Shown piece by piece: positions 57,951 to 61,608 of a stretch of DNA of 61,608 nt. The notes beneath the pieces were generated by a model. That model saw only the letters and a list, made by a program, of their open reading frames with translations, made no database searches and was not told the origin of the DNA. The stretch covers positions 94,236-155,843 of the forward strand of contig CAZVVW010000001.1 of assembly GCA_964630685.1 (NCBI GenBank). Direction: 5' to 3'. This DNA comes from an uncultured Methanosarcinales archaeon. GTDB taxonomy: Archaea > Nanobdellota > Nanobdellia > Woesearchaeales > BS150m-G63. Position numbers and translations under genes: made by a program. Each line of letters begins with the position of its first letter. Position 1 is the first letter of the stretch.

Positions 57951-60302
57951 ATGGTCCAAAGAGATATTATGGGAAGATATCTGCAAGGTTTGCATAGAAG
58001 AGACCGACTCCATCAAAGAGGGGGGGATCCTGATAAAAAATATAATATTATGTTCTATGGTGCAGGTAATGTTGCTGAAGAATCAATAAAAGCTCTTATT
58101 GGAGCAAATCTTCCTATTAATGAAATATATCTTGTGGGAAGGGAGAAAGAAAGCACAATCTACAATCTAGAAAGAATAACAAAAGAATTAAACAAATCTT
58201 TTGGTGATTGTAACACTAAAGTTATTGGTAAGTTTACTACAGAAACTGGTGAATTGTTGCCACAGACAGATTTATTTTTCTTTACAGCAGATGCAAATGA
58301 CCCTAATGAAACTGATAGGGTAAATATGATTAAAAATAATAAACCAATCGTAGAAGAAGTTGCACAATATTTTAATCAAGATTTTAAAGGGATTATTAAT
58401 TTTACTTCTAATCTTCCAGAAGTGCTTGCACATTATGCTGCGACAAAATTTGATATTCCGGATGTGAGGCAAATAACTGCACATGTGCCTTTAGATTTGA
58501 TGAGATATGAACATATTGTTAGAAATAATATTTTGCTTGAAGAAAGTTATGAAAGTTTAGATTTAGTTGTTGTGGGATATCATGATTTACCTTATGCGGT
58601 AGCAAGTGGTTCCAAAGTAATTAAAAGAATATTTATTGAAAAAGGATCATATGGGAGAGAGGAAATCAATATAACTAGAAAATTAGAAAAACACAAAGGA
58701 TTATTGCAATCTATTTTAGGAAATTATGCAATAGAACAATTTAATCTCCAAAAAGGGGAACTCCAATCAAAAGATTTAGATAGGAGAGAAGGTCCAACTA
58801 TAATCAGCACAGGTATGGCTGTTGCTAATTTTATTGATGCTGTTGTAAATAGGGGTGAAACAAATACTGCAATTCCTTATGAAGTAAAGGGTAATCAATT
58901 CTTTGTTAATTTGCCTGTGACTTTCTTGAGAGGGTATCCTCAATTAGATATGGAGAAATTCGAAAGATTAACAGAAGAAGATTTAACTCATTTACATGAT
59001 AGAATAAAGGGTCCAGATAGCGCTGTTAAGTATAAACCCTTATCTCAAATAATTAATGAAACCATTGGCAGTGATTGTAATTTTAAAGTTCCTATAAACT
59101 CAAAGAGATTAAATAAAATTTTTAATCCTGATGGTAAAAAAATCAAATTAGAAAAAAAAGTTATTGAAATAAGACAAGATAATACTGAATTCGAAAAAGA
59201 AATTGAAACATTACAAGATGAAATAACAAAACTTAAACAATCTGGAGATTATTCTCGGGAGACTCAAAAATTAGAAAAAAGAGTAGGTAAATTAGAAAAA
59301 GAAAAAGAAAAAATTAGTAAATTAAAAAATGAACTTGTTGATTCATTGGATGCTAAACTTTATCTCCCAATTTCAAATAATAACTTAAAAATCATTAGAT
59401 ATAATTTGAATCATAATCTAATGCCTACCACCACCAAATATAATATTAATTTAAGAGGGGTTGTAAAAAAAGGATTGTCTTATGAACATTCAAAAATGAG
59501 TGTATTGGATTATCAAATTTCTGGAGGTAAATTTTATGCCTTAGTTGATAGAAGCCATGATAATAAACAAAAGGAATATAGGCTATTTATATTTGATGAG
59601 GAGACTGGAGAGAGAGAATTTGTTAGTGAACCTATTGTGGGCGACCATTTATTTGATATTGGGACTATGAATGTAAAAAATAATAGGGTGCTTTTTTCAA
59701 AAAAAGGAAAAGAAGGAACACATCTTTGCGAATATTCTATAAAAAATAATACCTTGACCCCTGTTCAAAAAACAAGTGGTTTGGTTGATTTGATTATGCC
59801 TTATAATGATAAAGAAGCTTTACTTATTAATGATCAAATTAATATAGGCAATAAATTAATACACCAAACCAAGACCCATTGTAATGGATTTTATAAGATA
59901 TTAGAAAGTCAGGATTTATTATTTTATAGCACTGATGATAATCTTTATGTTTATGATATTGCACAAGATTTTGACCTTGTATCTTTTCCATCTCAAGGTT
60001 ATTTAAATGACATAATTGAAACTTCGCAAGGATTACAAATGATAACTGCGGGAAATGTTGGCGAATTAATTATTTCAAATTATGTATCTAAAAAAGATTT
60101 ATTTGAAAATAAAGGAGAAGTGAGTTTATTAAAAAATAGTTCTTTGAATGAATTAACGAGGATATATACTCAAGATCAACATATTATTTATGGTGCAAAA
60201 GATCCTGATAAATTTTTTGCACTTTATCATAAAATGAGTGATGTTTATATTGAACCAATAAATATTTCTGGATTTAAGAGTCTGGAGGGGGAATTAAAAT
60301 GA
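57951..60302 (+). CDS. LDH/MDH-like domain + coiled coil + beta-rich (propeller-like) C-terminus
   Basis: FYGAGNVA, DR...NN, TSNLPE, LDLMRY and VVGYHD motifs; heptads at about aa 400-465; beta-rich tail. Confidence 0.7.
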   Translation: MVQRDIMGRYLQGLHRRDRLHQRGGDPDKKYNIMFYGAGNVAEESIKALIGANLPINEIYLVGREKESTIYNLERITKELNKSFGDCNTKVIGKFTTETGELLPQTDLFFFTADANDPNETDRVNMIKNNKPIVEEVAQYFNQDFKGIINFTSNLPEVLAHYAATKFDIPDVRQITAHVPLDLMRYEHIVRNNILLEESYESLDLVVVGYHDLPYAVASGSKVIKRIFIEKGSYGREEINITRKLEKHKGLLQSILGNYAIEQFNLQKGELQSKDLDRREGPTIISTGMAVANFIDAVVNRGETNTAIPYEVKGNQFFVNLPVTFLRGYPQLDMEKFERLTEEDLTHLHDRIKGPDSAVKYKPLSQIINETIGSDCNFKVPINSKRLNKIFNPDGKKIKLEKKVIEIRQDNTEFEKEIETLQDEITKLKQSGDYSRETQKLEKRVGKLEKEKEKISKLKNELVDSLDAKLYLPISNNNLKIIRYNLNHNLMPTTTKYNINLRGVVKKGLSYEHSKMSVLDYQISGGKFYALVDRSHDNKQKEYRLFIFDEETGEREFVSEPIVGDHLFDIGTMNVKNNRVLFSKKGKEGTHLCEYSIKNNTLTPVQKTSGLVDLIMPYNDKEALLINDQINIGNKLIHQTKTHCNGFYKILESQDLLFYSTDDNLYVYDIAQDFDLVSFPSQGYLNDIIETSQGLQMITAGNVGELIISNYVSKKDLFENKGEVSLLKNSSLNELTRIYTQDQHIIYGAKDPDKFFALYHKMSDVYIEPINISGFKSLEGELK

Positions 60303-61234
60303 AATATAATATTGTAAATGCTAGTGTTAAAGGTAAAATACATGAAGAAGAAGGAGATGTGAATCAGGATTTTTTAAAAATAGATCGATTGAGAAATATT
60401 TTATTGTTATCTGATGGTATGGGAGGTCATAAGGCAGGTGAAGAAGCGAGTAAAACTGTTGTGGGGAAAGTTTATGATCAAATGGTGGAAATGTATAGGG
60501 GGTTGATTGATGAAGATTATAATCAAGAGGATATTTCAAAGATGATGAGGGATCAAATAATTCCTTATGCAAATAATTTTGTTTATGCTGCTGGAAGTTT
60601 GCCTGGGAAAGTGATAAAAACTTATGAAAATTTAAAAAATATTCAATCCCAATATGGAGATTTAGATGGTTTGGTTTCAAAAACATTAAGAGAGATTGGG
60701 CCTGTGGATAACAAACTGAAAGAGTATAGGGACGATGTAGATAGGATGGGGGCTACTCTTGATGCAGGCATAATTTATAATGATGTTGCATATATTGGCC
60801 ATGTTGGAAATGGTAGAGTTTATCATATTAGCAAACATGGTAACATAAAAAAATTAACCAAAGAACATGTAGATTATGGTGATTTGGATTTGCCTCGACT
60901 TGATGAAACCGTTATTGAGATGGGCCTTGGATTAACTAATTATATTGGCCAAGAAAGTAATATCCCTATAGACATGTATCAAATTCCATTAAGCATTGGA
61001 GATAGATTATTAATAGTTACAGACGGATTATCTCATAGTGTATCTGAAAGCGAAATGCTTGTAGCATCGAGGGAAACAGATAAAGCTGTGTTTAATTTAC
61101 TTGATCTTGCAGAAAATCCTGGATGGGTGGCTGAAGCTTACTCAAGGATAAGAAATGTTCCAATTGATGAAGCACAAAAACATTTGGGATTAAGAGATGA
61201 TACATCATTTATTTTAGCTAAGAGGTTAGAATGA
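60299..61234 (+). CDS. PP2C-family Ser/Thr phosphatase
   Basis: NQD, SDGMGGH, MGAT, HVGNGR, TDGL and DDTS motifs. Confidence 0.9.
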   Translation: MKYNIVNASVKGKIHEEEGDVNQDFLKIDRLRNILLLSDGMGGHKAGEEASKTVVGKVYDQMVEMYRGLIDEDYNQEDISKMMRDQIIPYANNFVYAAGSLPGKVIKTYENLKNIQSQYGDLDGLVSKTLREIGPVDNKLKEYRDDVDRMGATLDAGIIYNDVAYIGHVGNGRVYHISKHGNIKKLTKEHVDYGDLDLPRLDETVIEMGLGLTNYIGQESNIPIDMYQIPLSIGDRLLIVTDGLSHSVSESEMLVASRETDKAVFNLLDLAENPGWVAEAYSRIRNVPIDEAQKHLGLRDDTSFILAKRLE

Positions 61235-61608
61235 AACTTGCAAGAAAAAAAGTAAATGCATCAAAACTTGAATCATTAATTAAAAAACAAGGATTTAAGT
61301 TTAATCTAGAAGATTTAAGAGAAGAGTTTGGCAGTGAAAATGTGATTTTAGATAAAGATAGAAGAATCCATCCCGTAGCATATAAATCAAATAACATTAA
61401 TGCTATGCTTAAGATTCCAATGGATCAAGGATCCAAAAAAACATGTGAAACTGCTTATAATATATTTAAACAAATGGATAATCCATCTAATTTGGTTAGA
61501 TTGATTGGGGATAAGCCTTTTCAATTTGGAAATAAATATGGGGTTCTTATGGAATTAGGTAGTGTGGATCTTGGTCAATGTGATACTCTTAATTACAATG
61601 AAAAAGAA
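61231..61608 (+). CDS. Putative Ser/Thr kinase (3' truncated by window)
   Basis: ATGA overlap with PP2C; frame open to the window end; AMLKI, NLVRLI and VLMELGSVDL resemble the kinase N-lobe and hinge. Confidence 0.6.
   Translation, partial: MKLARKKVNASKLESLIKKQGFKFNLEDLREEFGSENVILDKDRRIHPVAYKSNNINAMLKIPMDQGSKKTCETAYNIFKQMDNPSNLVRLIGDKPFQFGNKYGVLMELGSVDLGQCDTLNYNEKE

Noticed and set aside
453..60686. Numerous 60-135 aa antisense or alternate-frame ORFs inside longer genes (e.g. 453, 2488, 6537, 11774, 14999, 37324, 37717, 43887, 60327)
   Set aside because: Shadow ORFs of well-supported genes, with no motifs or RBS.

Overview
AT-rich archaeal genome fragment, most likely a metagenome-assembled DPANN (Woesearchaeota/Pacearchaeota-like) organism. 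Archaeal markers are diphthine-ammonia ligase, Bud32, archease, RtcB, AMP phosphorylase, archaeal EndoIV, CCA-less tRNAs, BRE/TATA-like promoters and GGAGG/GAGGTGA ribosome-binding sites. There are two 100-N scaffold gaps. The left two thirds hold housekeeping genes, 5 tRNAs, a copper-export locus, a TA pair with an interrupted toxin, many hypothetical genes and several bacterial-type genes: sigma-70, a CRP-like regulator, a deacetylase/L,D-transpeptidase and bacterial-type MetK. The right third holds an apparently co-regulated 12.7-kb cluster: Lrp regulator, membrane proteins, Mrr-like nuclease, long coiled coil, three different ATPases, HEXXH-vWA protein and coiled-coil transglutaminase. It is followed by TrmB and an LDH-like/PP2C/kinase operon that runs off the window end. 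This cluster is the best candidate for an undescribed system. All family calls come from motif reading by eye, not database searches.
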